DNA of 38,399 bases from an uncultured Campylobacterales bacterium (lineage in GTDB: Bacteria > Campylobacterota > Campylobacteria > Campylobacterales > JAADDG01), in assembly GCA_964590185.1 (NCBI GenBank), contig CAZPVZ010000065.1, positions 1-38,399 of the forward strand. Direction: 5' to 3'. Both the position numbers and the translations under genes were made by a program. Position 1 is the stretch's first letter; each line of letters begins with the position of its first letter. Positions 27,009 through 34,210 of this stretch are shown here, in pieces. A model generated the notes under the pieces. It ran no database searches. It had not been told where the DNA came from and saw only the letters and a program-made list of their open reading frames with translations.

Positions 27009-27032
27009 GAAAGAGGAGAAGCCTCCTCTCCC
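27009..27032 (-). terminator. Stable hairpin immediately after the major repeat gene stop (partial terminator/attenuator or mRNA stabiliser)
   Basis: Minus-strand RNA GGGAGAGGAG-GCUU-CUCCUCUUUC forms a 10-bp stem including two G.U pairs. It starts right after the TAA and is followed by UUGAG... A second perfect 8-bp palindrome (GTTTTAAC-TTGC-GTTAAAAC) lies at 26979-26998. Confidence 0.45.
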
Positions 27033-28706
27033 TTAAAAATTGGTAGCGGTTTGAACCGCGGTTTGAGAAATACTCCAATTGGTTGCGGTTTGGATATTCG
27101 CTATATTCAACCCGTAGTTAACCGCACTTCCGGCGGTATTGCCCAAAATAAGGCTGGACGTTCCGGTTTGAGCGTCTATTAATTGAACTTTTCCGTTATT
27201 ATTGGCTTGTTTTTCGATATTGCCGTTATTTACTACGTCTTGATTATGAGTTCCGCAATTCTCCGCGGTTTGCGTATTGGTTTGAGTCAATACGGAAGCG
27301 GTTGTCGGATTGCCGCTAACGTCCAAAATATTGGCCGCGCTGTTAACCGCGGAATCGGCGCTATTGTGAGAAGCCAAAGAAGCCAAATCTTTTTGGGCGT
27401 TATTGATTTGAACCGCTCCGTTATTGTTTTGGCCGTTATCGGCGCTTCCGTTTACGATTTTTTGAGGAGCGGTGTATTTGTTAACCGCGTTTTGGGTGTT
27501 GGCTTGATCTATGAAATTAAGATTTCCGGCGTTTTCTATCGAAGCTATGTTTTGACCTATGTTAACCGCGGAGTTTGCGGTATTGGTAAAAGCCATGCCG
27601 GAAACTCCGTTTTGAGCTCCGTTTACTTGAACCGCCGCATTGTTGTTGTTGGCGTTGGAAGCTTTCTTAGCGGTTGAAACATATTGATACTCGTACTCTC
27701 CGTTACCGTTGAAAGCTTGTTGAGTATTTGTTTGAGAAACTTTTATATTTCCGGTTACGTCCTTAGCCTGCATGATATTTTGACCCACGTTCTCAGCGGA
27801 ATAAGAAGTATTTGTGATGGAGAGTCCGTTGGCCTCGTCCTGAGCGTTACCGTTAGCCTGTACGGAACCGCTATTGTTTTGTTGCTGTAAAGTATTCTCT
27901 CCGTTTTTAACGGTTTGCTCGAGCATCGTTTTGGAGTGAGTGGCTTTTTGATCGTTTTCCTGCCACAATTTAGGATTCTCCGTATCGGTCGCATACAAGA
28001 TGTTCTGTCCGATGTTTTTAGCCGAAGAAGCGGCATTATCGATAGACAACGCGCTCGCTTTGCTTTGAGCGTCGCCGTTTAATTGAACGGCCGCGTTATT
28101 GTTGCTTTGCTCGTTAACGGTATCTTCGCTCGCTATATGCTGAATTAGAGCGTTAGTATTGGACGCCTGTTGCGAATTTTTTTGTCTTAAGACCAGATTT
28201 TTGGATTTATCGACCGTCAAAATATTTTGTCCCTCGTTGATTCCGGATTTCGCCGCGTTAACCATAACCGCCGCGGAAGCTTCGCTTTGAGCCTTATCGC
28301 TTAGATTGACGGCTCCGTTATCGTTAACCTGCTTATGCAAAGGACCTTTGTTCGTAGTCGTCTGAACGGCGTTTTTGCCGTTTTTCGCAATTTGGCAATT
28401 CTTTTGAGTAAGTTCTCCGCTTCCGTTTACCAAATTGGCAACGTTTTGATTGGCGTTTATAGCCGAAGAGGAACTGTTTACGATCTCCATTCCTTGAGCC
28501 TCTTTTTGAGAGGTTCCTCTAAGCTCCAAAGCTTCGTTGTTGTTAAGCTGATCGTTAGCCGTACCTCCGTTGTAAATATTTTGAATACCTTGCGCGCTAA
28601 CGTCCCCCAACTCGTCTTCGGATAAAGTGCTCACGCCCGCAATCGCCGCCGATGAAACAACCATAGCAACGAGAGCGGAAATCATGATCCGTTTTCCAGC
28701 TACCAT
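27033..28706 (-). CDS. Secreted Asn/Gln/Ala/Ser/Gly-rich protein with seven imperfect 73-77-aa repeats (candidate major fibre/amyloid-like subunit)
   Basis: 557 aa with signal peptide MVAGKRIMISALVAMVVSSAAIAG, an AGGAG RBS and the post-signal motif LSEDELGDVSAQG. Repeat cores start at aa 55, 128, 202, 277, 354, 427 and 502. Only 2 Cys. The C-terminus is TATNF. Confidence 0.85.
   Translation of the reverse strand: MVAGKRIMISALVAMVVSSAAIAGVSTLSEDELGDVSAQGIQNIYNGGTANDQLNNNEALELRGTSQKEAQGMEIVNSSSSAINANQNVANLVNGSGELTQKNCQIAKNGKNAVQTTTNKGPLHKQVNDNGAVNLSDKAQSEASAAVMVNAAKSGINEGQNILTVDKSKNLVLRQKNSQQASNTNALIQHIASEDTVNEQSNNNAAVQLNGDAQSKASALSIDNAASSAKNIGQNILYATDTENPKLWQENDQKATHSKTMLEQTVKNGENTLQQQNNSGSVQANGNAQDEANGLSITNTSYSAENVGQNIMQAKDVTGNIKVSQTNTQQAFNGNGEYEYQYVSTAKKASNANNNNAAVQVNGAQNGVSGMAFTNTANSAVNIGQNIASIENAGNLNFIDQANTQNAVNKYTAPQKIVNGSADNGQNNNGAVQINNAQKDLASLASHNSADSAVNSAANILDVSGNPTTASVLTQTNTQTAENCGTHNQDVVNNGNIEKQANNNGKVQLIDAQTGTSSLILGNTAGSAVNYGLNIANIQTATNWSISQTAVQTATNF
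27036..28544 (-). repeat. Seven tandem coding repeats (protein-level, diverged at DNA level)
   Basis: Aligned cores:
- NNNEALELRGTSQKEAQGMEIVNSSSSAINANQNVANL
- NDNGAVNLSDKAQSEASAAVMVNAAKSGINEGQNILTV
- NNNAAVQLNGDAQSKASALSIDNAASSAKNIGQNILYA
- NNSGSVQANGNAQDEANGLSITNTSYSAENVGQNIMQA
- NNNAAVQVNGAQNGVSGMAFTNTANSAVNIGQNIASI
- NNNGAVQINNAQKDLASLASHNSADSAVNSAANILDV
- NNNGKVQLIDAQTGTSSLILGNTAGSAVNYGLNIANI. Confidence 0.85.
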
Positions 28707-28882
28707 CTTTAACTCCTTTTATTAAGATTGAAAAAGTCAACTTTACTTTCCGATATAGAAATTATCCCATACAATAATGCAGATTTTGTGCAGAAAACCC
28801 GCATTTTTTAAAATTAATAATAATTTTTTTTATTTCTACACTTATTAATTAATTTTATTTTAAGTTATTAAATAATTTTAAC

Positions 28883-29530
28883 TTATTCTATAATATAACC
28901 CACGCCTTTTATGTTTTTGATAACCTTATAACCTATTTTTTTATGAATATCCCTGATATGGCTCGCTAAAGTCTTATAGTTTTTTATATCCTCGTCCCAA
29001 ACGTATTCGCTTAGCGTCTCTCTTCCGACTATCCTGCCTCTATTCTTAACCAAAAAATAGAAAATTTTATGCTGTTTGTTAGTTAATTTAACTATCCTTT
29101 CCCCGCAATAAAGTTCCCTCTTGGCCAAATTGTACTTAATATTCGAGCTTAAAGATATCTCCTTATTCGAGTGAGTGCATCTTAAAACGTTTTTTATCCT
29201 CACCATCAACTCTTCTATATCGAACGGCTTTTTTATATAGTCATAACTTCCCAAATAAAAACATCTCTTAATATAACTAACGTCCTTCTTATTGCTTATA
29301 ACGATGGAAGGCGTATTTATGGCGTTTGCCTGCATATATTCGAGCATTTCGAAAATATCGCTCTTTTTTATATCCAGATCCAAAATCAAAATATCGAAAT
29401 CGTGCAAATTTTCATGTAAAAGCATCTCATCCATATCTTCAAACTTCTTCACATAAAAATCTTGCATCTCAAAGTAGAAAGGTATCCTTCTTTTATAAAA
29501 AACGTCGTCCGATAAAAGAGCGATTTTCAT
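28883..29530 (-). CDS. OmpR/PhoB-family response regulator (receiver + winged-helix), no cognate kinase adjacent
   Basis: 215 aa. Receiver residues are present (LLSDD acidic pair, ILILDLD phospho-Asp, IVIS, DYIKKPF Lys). The C-terminal winged helix has LTNKQHKIFYFLV, REtLSEYVW and IKNIKGVGYIIE. The gene is visibly more AT-rich than its neighbours. Confidence 0.85.
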   Translation of the reverse strand: MKIALLSDDVFYKRRIPFYFEMQDFYVKKFEDMDEMLLHENLHDFDILILDLDIKKSDIFEMLEYMQANAINTPSIVISNKKDVSYIKRCFYLGSYDYIKKPFDIEELMVRIKNVLRCTHSNKEISLSSNIKYNLAKRELYCGERIVKLTNKQHKIFYFLVKNRGRIVGRETLSEYVWDEDIKNYKTLASHIRDIHKKIGYKVIKNIKGVGYIIE

Positions 29531-29676
29531 ACCTTGCGCTTTAAAGTTTTATTTTTTATCGCCGATATAAAGTAATTATAACCTATGAAGCTAAAAAGTA
29601 TAAATAAATAGTCAAATTATTTACTTAATAAAGTTTTGTTGAAGAAAATGGGTATGAAGGTAACAAAAAGGAAACC

Positions 29677-29706
29677 TTTCAGAAAAGAGAAGCCTCTTTT
29701 CTGAAA
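29677..29706 (-). terminator. Rho-independent (bidirectional-looking) terminator after the lipase gene
   Basis: A perfect 13-bp stem (TTTCAGAAAAGAG / CTCTTTTCTGAAA) with a 4-nt loop. The minus-strand tail is GGTTTCCTTTTT and the plus-strand tail is AAATATTTTT. Confidence 0.65.
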
Positions 29707-29732
29707 AATATTTTTACTTTTAAATGTATTTT

Positions 29733-30926
29733 TTACTTAAGAGAAGCGAACCACGAAGAAGCCGTCATATAAGCCGGACCGGCGCATTCGACATGATCGG
29801 AGCCTTCCATCGTAACGAGCTCCACGTTCAAAGAGCCGTTCATTACGAAATTATCGAAAGCCTCTTCGGAATTGAAATAGGGAACTATCGGATCGTCTTT
29901 ACAATGAATCAGTTTCATAGGCGTCTTAGGCGCCCAATTGGATACGGAGTTTTTTATAAGCGCCTCTTTTAGCGCATACTCTCCGTTTCCGAAATATGAA
30001 GCTATGAAATCGGGTCTGAAAAGCTCCGCCGTAACGTTCGTAAGCTGAGTTAAAATTTCGTCTCCCGGAGTATTGCCGTCAAAAAGGTACGGAAGTTTAG
30101 AAGCGAAAGGCTCGTTTATAATCTCATCCAATCTGTTCCATCCGTAATATTCGTCATAAGCGTAAACGACGTAAGCTATAAAAGGAGAGTAGTTTAAAAA
30201 ACTTTTTATTAGAGTGAAATCCGCCGTTCTTTTAAGATCGTAAGGACCCGCCATCGGAGCGGCGGCCGTTACTTCAATCTCGGGATGCTCCTCTTCTATC
30301 TTTTTCAAAGCGGCCATAGTTACGTAGCCTCCTTCGGAATACCCGGAAAGGAAAAGTTTTCCGCTCAAAGGAATACCGTTTGTGCGGCAAGCTTTTCGAA
30401 CCGCTTTTATCATATCGATAACGGCGTTTGCGGAAGGCTCATCTATCAAATAGGGATGAACCTTATCTTTGCTCGCGCCGAAACCTATGTAATCGGGCAT
30501 CGCGAGAACGAATCCGTTTATGGCGCTCATCAAGATAACGCTCGCGTTTAGAGGATTGTTGGAAGGAGCCTCTTTGTCGGTAAATATTGTTCCGTGCTGA
30601 TCGCTAACGAGAGGCAAGGGAGAATCCGTACCTAAAGGAACCGCCAAAAGACCCGACGCGTTTATCAGATTGCCGTATTTATCCACCGTCTTATAAATCA
30701 GCTTAAAAACTTCTATTCCGAAAACTATCGGAGATTCTATTCCCATATCCTCAAGTATCTTTTTCATCTCGTCCCGATCATAAGAGGCGGTTTTGGCAAG
30801 ACTCACAACGTCCCCCGGATGCATGACCAAATCATCCGCTCCTCCGGCGTCTCCTCCTCCGCCGCATCCCGAAAAGGAAAAAACCAAAAACGCGGAAACG
30901 AAAACCAAAGCCAATCTCTTAAACAT
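29733..30926 (-). CDS. Lipoprotein alpha/beta-hydrolase (secretory lipase/esterase-like)
   Basis: 397 aa. Lipobox VFSFSGC followed by a Gly-rich linker. Nucleophile elbow GYSEGG. Conserved His near the C-terminus (GSDHVEC). Confidence 0.75.
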   Translation of the reverse strand: MFKRLALVFVSAFLVFSFSGCGGGGDAGGADDLVMHPGDVVSLAKTASYDRDEMKKILEDMGIESPIVFGIEVFKLIYKTVDKYGNLINASGLLAVPLGTDSPLPLVSDQHGTIFTDKEAPSNNPLNASVILMSAINGFVLAMPDYIGFGASKDKVHPYLIDEPSANAVIDMIKAVRKACRTNGIPLSGKLFLSGYSEGGYVTMAALKKIEEEHPEIEVTAAAPMAGPYDLKRTADFTLIKSFLNYSPFIAYVVYAYDEYYGWNRLDEIINEPFASKLPYLFDGNTPGDEILTQLTNVTAELFRPDFIASYFGNGEYALKEALIKNSVSNWAPKTPMKLIHCKDDPIVPYFNSEEAFDNFVMNGSLNVELVTMEGSDHVECAGPAYMTASSWFASLK

Positions 30927-30946
30927 CTCTCCTCCTTTTAAACGCT

Positions 30947-31360
30947 TTAATAGACTTTTCTTATTTTTACATTTTTTACGCTTATTTTATAAATATTTTT
31001 CATTTTATCTTCCAAAACCGCATCGATATCCAAAAATTCGGCATCGACGGGAATGTTTTCGCACCCCCTAACGACGACAACCTCTCCTCCTTCCGGCTCT
31101 TTTTCCAAAAAAACCTCTTTACTCTCGCAAAAACCTCCTTCGAAAAGAAGTTTCGCTTTAACCGCCGACAGATTAAGAGCGCAGCCCTTTTTCAAATAGA
31201 CTTTAACCGTTACCGAAGAACCTTTTCTTCCTTTACCCAAAGAGGGCATGAGATTTCTCCACGCCACGCTCTTTTTAACGCTTAACTCGCAATTTTCGTT
31301 TTTCACCGTCGCTCCGCATCCGTATAAAAACAGTATGAAACCTACCAAAAAAGCTCTCAT
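30947..31360 (-). CDS. Small lipoprotein, unknown function
   Basis: ATG 31360 (MRAFLVGFILFLYGCGA, lipobox LYGC) forms an ATGA overlap with the HDAC-family gene stop. The listed start at 31372 is a TTG. Confidence 0.6.
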   Translation of the reverse strand: MRAFLVGFILFLYGCGATVKNENCELSVKKSVAWRNLMPSLGKGRKGSSVTVKVYLKKGCALNLSAVKAKLLFEGGFCESKEVFLEKEPEGGEVVVVRGCENIPVDAEFLDIDAVLEDKMKNIYKISVKNVKIRKVY

Positions 31361-32280
31361 TCGTAATTCCAAAGCCTATCGAAAGTTACTCTTACGCTCT
31401 CCACCAAAGAATTTATATTATATCCGCCTTCCAACAAAAAAGCAACCGGTTTGTCTTTTGAAAAATCCAAAATCTTCTCCACCGTTTTAGAAAGCCCCTC
31501 GAAAGTGATCATGGCCGTGGAGATGGTTTCGTCTTTCATCAAATCGTATCCGGCGGAAACCAAAACCATATCGAAATCGAAATCTTTCGGAAGCTCTTCG
31601 TATAACGCCAAAAATTCGTCATCTCCGATATAATCGTCGTAAGGAAGATTTTTGTTAAATCCCCTCCCCCTTCCTTCTCCTATCTCTTCCTCGCTTCCCG
31701 TAAAATACGGATAGTTGTTTCTCTCGTGAGTGCTAAAATAAAAAACGGTATCGTCCTTGTAAAAAATATCCTGCGTTCCGTTTCCGTGATGAACGTCGAA
31801 ATCTATAATCATAATCTTTTCGTATCCCGCTCTTTGAGCGTATTTAGCCATCATGGCGACATTATTAAAGATGCAAAATCCCTGTCCCATCATCCTCTCG
31901 GCATGGTGTCCGGGAGGCCTTAAATTTAAAAAGGCTCTTTTTATGACTCCCTTCTTAAAAAGATCCACCGCGTTTTTAGTGGAAGTGGCCGCCTTCAACG
32001 CCACCTCGTAACTTTTAGGAGACAAAACCGTATCGCTGTTTAAGATCATCCTGACGCCGTTTTCGTATCCGCGTTCCACCCAATCTACGTAACTTTCGTC
32101 ATGAATTTCATACAGATCCTCTTTAGAATGCGAAACGGAAGGAATCTTATAATATTTAAATTCGCTCCTTATCATATCGTCAACGGAAGAGACCCTCTTT
32201 TCATTCTCTATATGTTCGCCAGTGTCGTGAAGAGTAAAAAACGGATCGTAAAGATATCCCACCATTTTCAAACCTTTCAT
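31357..32280 (-). CDS. Histone deacetylase-family (arginase-fold) deacetylase, AcuC/acetylpolyamine amidohydrolase-like
   Basis: 307 aa. Motifs RPPGHHAERMMGQGFCIFNNVA, DFDVHHGNGTQDIF and GGYN. No signal peptide. ATGA overlap with the upstream gene. Confidence 0.85.
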   Translation of the reverse strand: MKGLKMVGYLYDPFFTLHDTGEHIENEKRVSSVDDMIRSEFKYYKIPSVSHSKEDLYEIHDESYVDWVERGYENGVRMILNSDTVLSPKSYEVALKAATSTKNAVDLFKKGVIKRAFLNLRPPGHHAERMMGQGFCIFNNVAMMAKYAQRAGYEKIMIIDFDVHHGNGTQDIFYKDDTVFYFSTHERNNYPYFTGSEEEIGEGRGRGFNKNLPYDDYIGDDEFLALYEELPKDFDFDMVLVSAGYDLMKDETISTAMITFEGLSKTVEKILDFSKDKPVAFLLEGGYNINSLVESVRVTFDRLWNYE

Positions 32281-33452
32281 TTTAAGATGGTAACGAATTC
32301 CCCTTTTCCGGGAACGACTATGCGCGTACGATACGATAAAGAGTTCTCTATCATATCCTCCTTAAAAATTCTTCCTCTATCGGTATAAGATTTTACGAAA
32401 AAGTAGTCCACCCCGTTTACGGTTGCGTAATTTACTCTATCGAATCTGATTCCGGCATCCAAAAGCTCGGCCGCGTCGGAATATTTAAAATAGGTCGTTC
32501 CTATCGAATCGGCTATATAAAAATTTTTTCTCATTTTATATTGAGTTAGAGTAAAAATTTTCGGATCGTAATTTATCTGAGTCGAAAAAACCGCTTTCGG
32601 TTTTACCGAATAAAAGTATAGCGTAGATAAGAAAAGAGAACTTTTAACTACGGGTATATTCAAAATTAAATTCGAGTTTTTTAAAAACTTTTTATTCTCT
32701 AAAACGGCCCTTTTTATGTCGGAGCCGTTTTTGACCGCAATATTAAGTTTATGAGGAAAATACAAAGAGGAGTAGTAATTTAATTCTTTGGCCAAAGAAG
32801 AAGAGTCTCTAACCGCAACCGCCCCATCGTTTTGAGAATATCTCCTTACTTCGGAGAGTTTTTTAAACTGTTTCAAATAATCTATCCCGCCGAAATAGAC
32901 GTTCGGATTCGAACACTCTACGGCCCTTTTGGAAACGGTCGGAACGTAAATGATTTTTCTAACGTACAAAGAGCATAAAGTCTCGGCTACGTCTTTAGTA
33001 ACTGGAGCCACTATGAGATTAACGTCGCCATCTTCGAGTTTATAAAGCAAAGAGGAGAGATAAGAGGGATCGTTGCCGTAAATATCGTAAGTTCTTATGT
33101 CGAAATTCCTCTCTCTCCTTATCAAATACGAAATTACGCCGTTTACGGTGCTTTCTCTGTATCTTCCTATTTTCTTGGGAAGCAAAAAAGCTATTTTATA
33201 GATAAAAGGATACTTTTGAGGCGATACTTTGGGCAGATACTCCTCTTCGTAATAGACCTCCCCATCCCCCGTATCGTCCTCCTCGATTATAATCTCCTCT
33301 TTGGGAGAGGGAATCGCTATAGGCTCCTTCGCTTTTTTTTCGGAAGATAAAATATCCTTTATAATATCGAAAAGTCCCGCATACGAAAACGAAGAGAGCA
33401 TTAAAATTACAAAAAGTATCCTCGCCGCTTTGACTCTCATCTCCTTTTTCAT
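32277..33452 (-). CDS. Hypothetical secreted/periplasmic protein (possible periplasmic-binding-protein-like fold)
   Basis: 391 aa with an N-terminal signal/anchor (AARILFVILMLSSFSYA), an acidic linker (EEDDTGDGEVYYEEE) and then an alpha/beta-looking domain. I do not recognise a family. Confidence 0.45.
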   Translation of the reverse strand: MKKEMRVKAARILFVILMLSSFSYAGLFDIIKDILSSEKKAKEPIAIPSPKEEIIIEEDDTGDGEVYYEEEYLPKVSPQKYPFIYKIAFLLPKKIGRYRESTVNGVISYLIRRERNFDIRTYDIYGNDPSYLSSLLYKLEDGDVNLIVAPVTKDVAETLCSLYVRKIIYVPTVSKRAVECSNPNVYFGGIDYLKQFKKLSEVRRYSQNDGAVAVRDSSSLAKELNYYSSLYFPHKLNIAVKNGSDIKRAVLENKKFLKNSNLILNIPVVKSSLFLSTLYFYSVKPKAVFSTQINYDPKIFTLTQYKMRKNFYIADSIGTTYFKYSDAAELLDAGIRFDRVNYATVNGVDYFFVKSYTDRGRIFKEDMIENSLSYRTRIVVPGKGEFVTILK

Positions 33453-33516
33453 CCTTTTAAATCTTTATAAACCAAATTATAGTATATTATTTTTTACTTT
33501 AGCTAAAGAGAGAAAG

Positions 33517-34209
33517 ATGCTTTTATATCAGCTCGAAAAAGGCTATCGATTCAACAGCGATACGCATTTTCTATACGACTTCATCTCCCGTTTTCCGGTA
33601 AGGGGAGAGGTGCTTGACGTAGGATGCGGATGCGGCATACTCGGACTTTTGATAGCGAGAGACTTTAAAGTGTCCCTAACTCAGATAGACATACAAAAGG
33701 AGAACGTTTTTTTAACGGAGCGGAACGCGAAAGTAAACGGAATAAAAAGCAAGATTATTCACGCCGACTTTAAAACGAGCGATTTTAAAAATCGTTTCGA
33801 CTTTATAGTATCCAATCCCCCTTTTTACCACGACGACCATATAAAAAGCAAAAACGATCACATAAACAAAAGCAGATACGCCCAACATCTGCCTCTGGAA
33901 ACGCTCGTAAAAAACGCCTCGTCGGCCCTGAAACCGAGAGGATACTTCATATTCTGCTACGATCCTAAAGAACTTGATAAAATATTTTTATATTTAAAAG
34001 AGTACCGGTTAAACGCCGAAAAGATAAGATTCGTACATCCCAATAAGAAAAAAAACGCCAATTTAGCAATGATAGCCGCAAGAAAAAATTCAAAATCCTT
34101 TCTTCAAATAGAACCTCCCCTTTTAGTTCACGACAAAGAGGGCTTTTCGGAAGAGGCGGCGAAGATATTTAAAAAAACCTCCACCCATAGCATAAAATGC
34201 TCTTTATAA
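33517..34209 (+). CDS. SAM-dependent N6-adenine methyltransferase, tRNA1(Val) m6A37 (YfiC/TrmN6)-like
   Basis: ATG 33517 (MLLYQLEKGYRFNSDTHFLYDF) is preferred; the listed ORF start at 33301 overlaps the divergent gene. SAM motif VLDVGCGCGILGL and catalytic SNPPFY. Confidence 0.7.
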   Translation: MLLYQLEKGYRFNSDTHFLYDFISRFPVRGEVLDVGCGCGILGLLIARDFKVSLTQIDIQKENVFLTERNAKVNGIKSKIIHADFKTSDFKNRFDFIVSNPPFYHDDHIKSKNDHINKSRYAQHLPLETLVKNASSALKPRGYFIFCYDPKELDKIFLYLKEYRLNAEKIRFVHPNKKKNANLAMIAARKNSKSFLQIEPPLLVHDKEGFSEEAAKIFKKTSTHSIKCSL

Positions 34210-34210
34210 G

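Noticed and set aside
27183-27677. A 164-aa + strand ORF, plus the ORFs at 27684-27890, 28335-28625 and 27755-28036, lying antisense or out of frame within the repeat-protein gene
   Set aside because: These are shadow ORFs created by the biased Asn/Gln/Ala codon composition of the 557-aa gene. They have no start context or signal features.
28733-28738. A TTGACT hexamer (minus strand) as the -35 of the major-subunit promoter
   Set aside because: It lies only about 27 nt upstream of the ATG, with no properly spaced -10, and it would leave no room for the AGGAG RBS in a 5' UTR. The real promoter is probably further upstream (about 28750-28880), but I could not pin it down.
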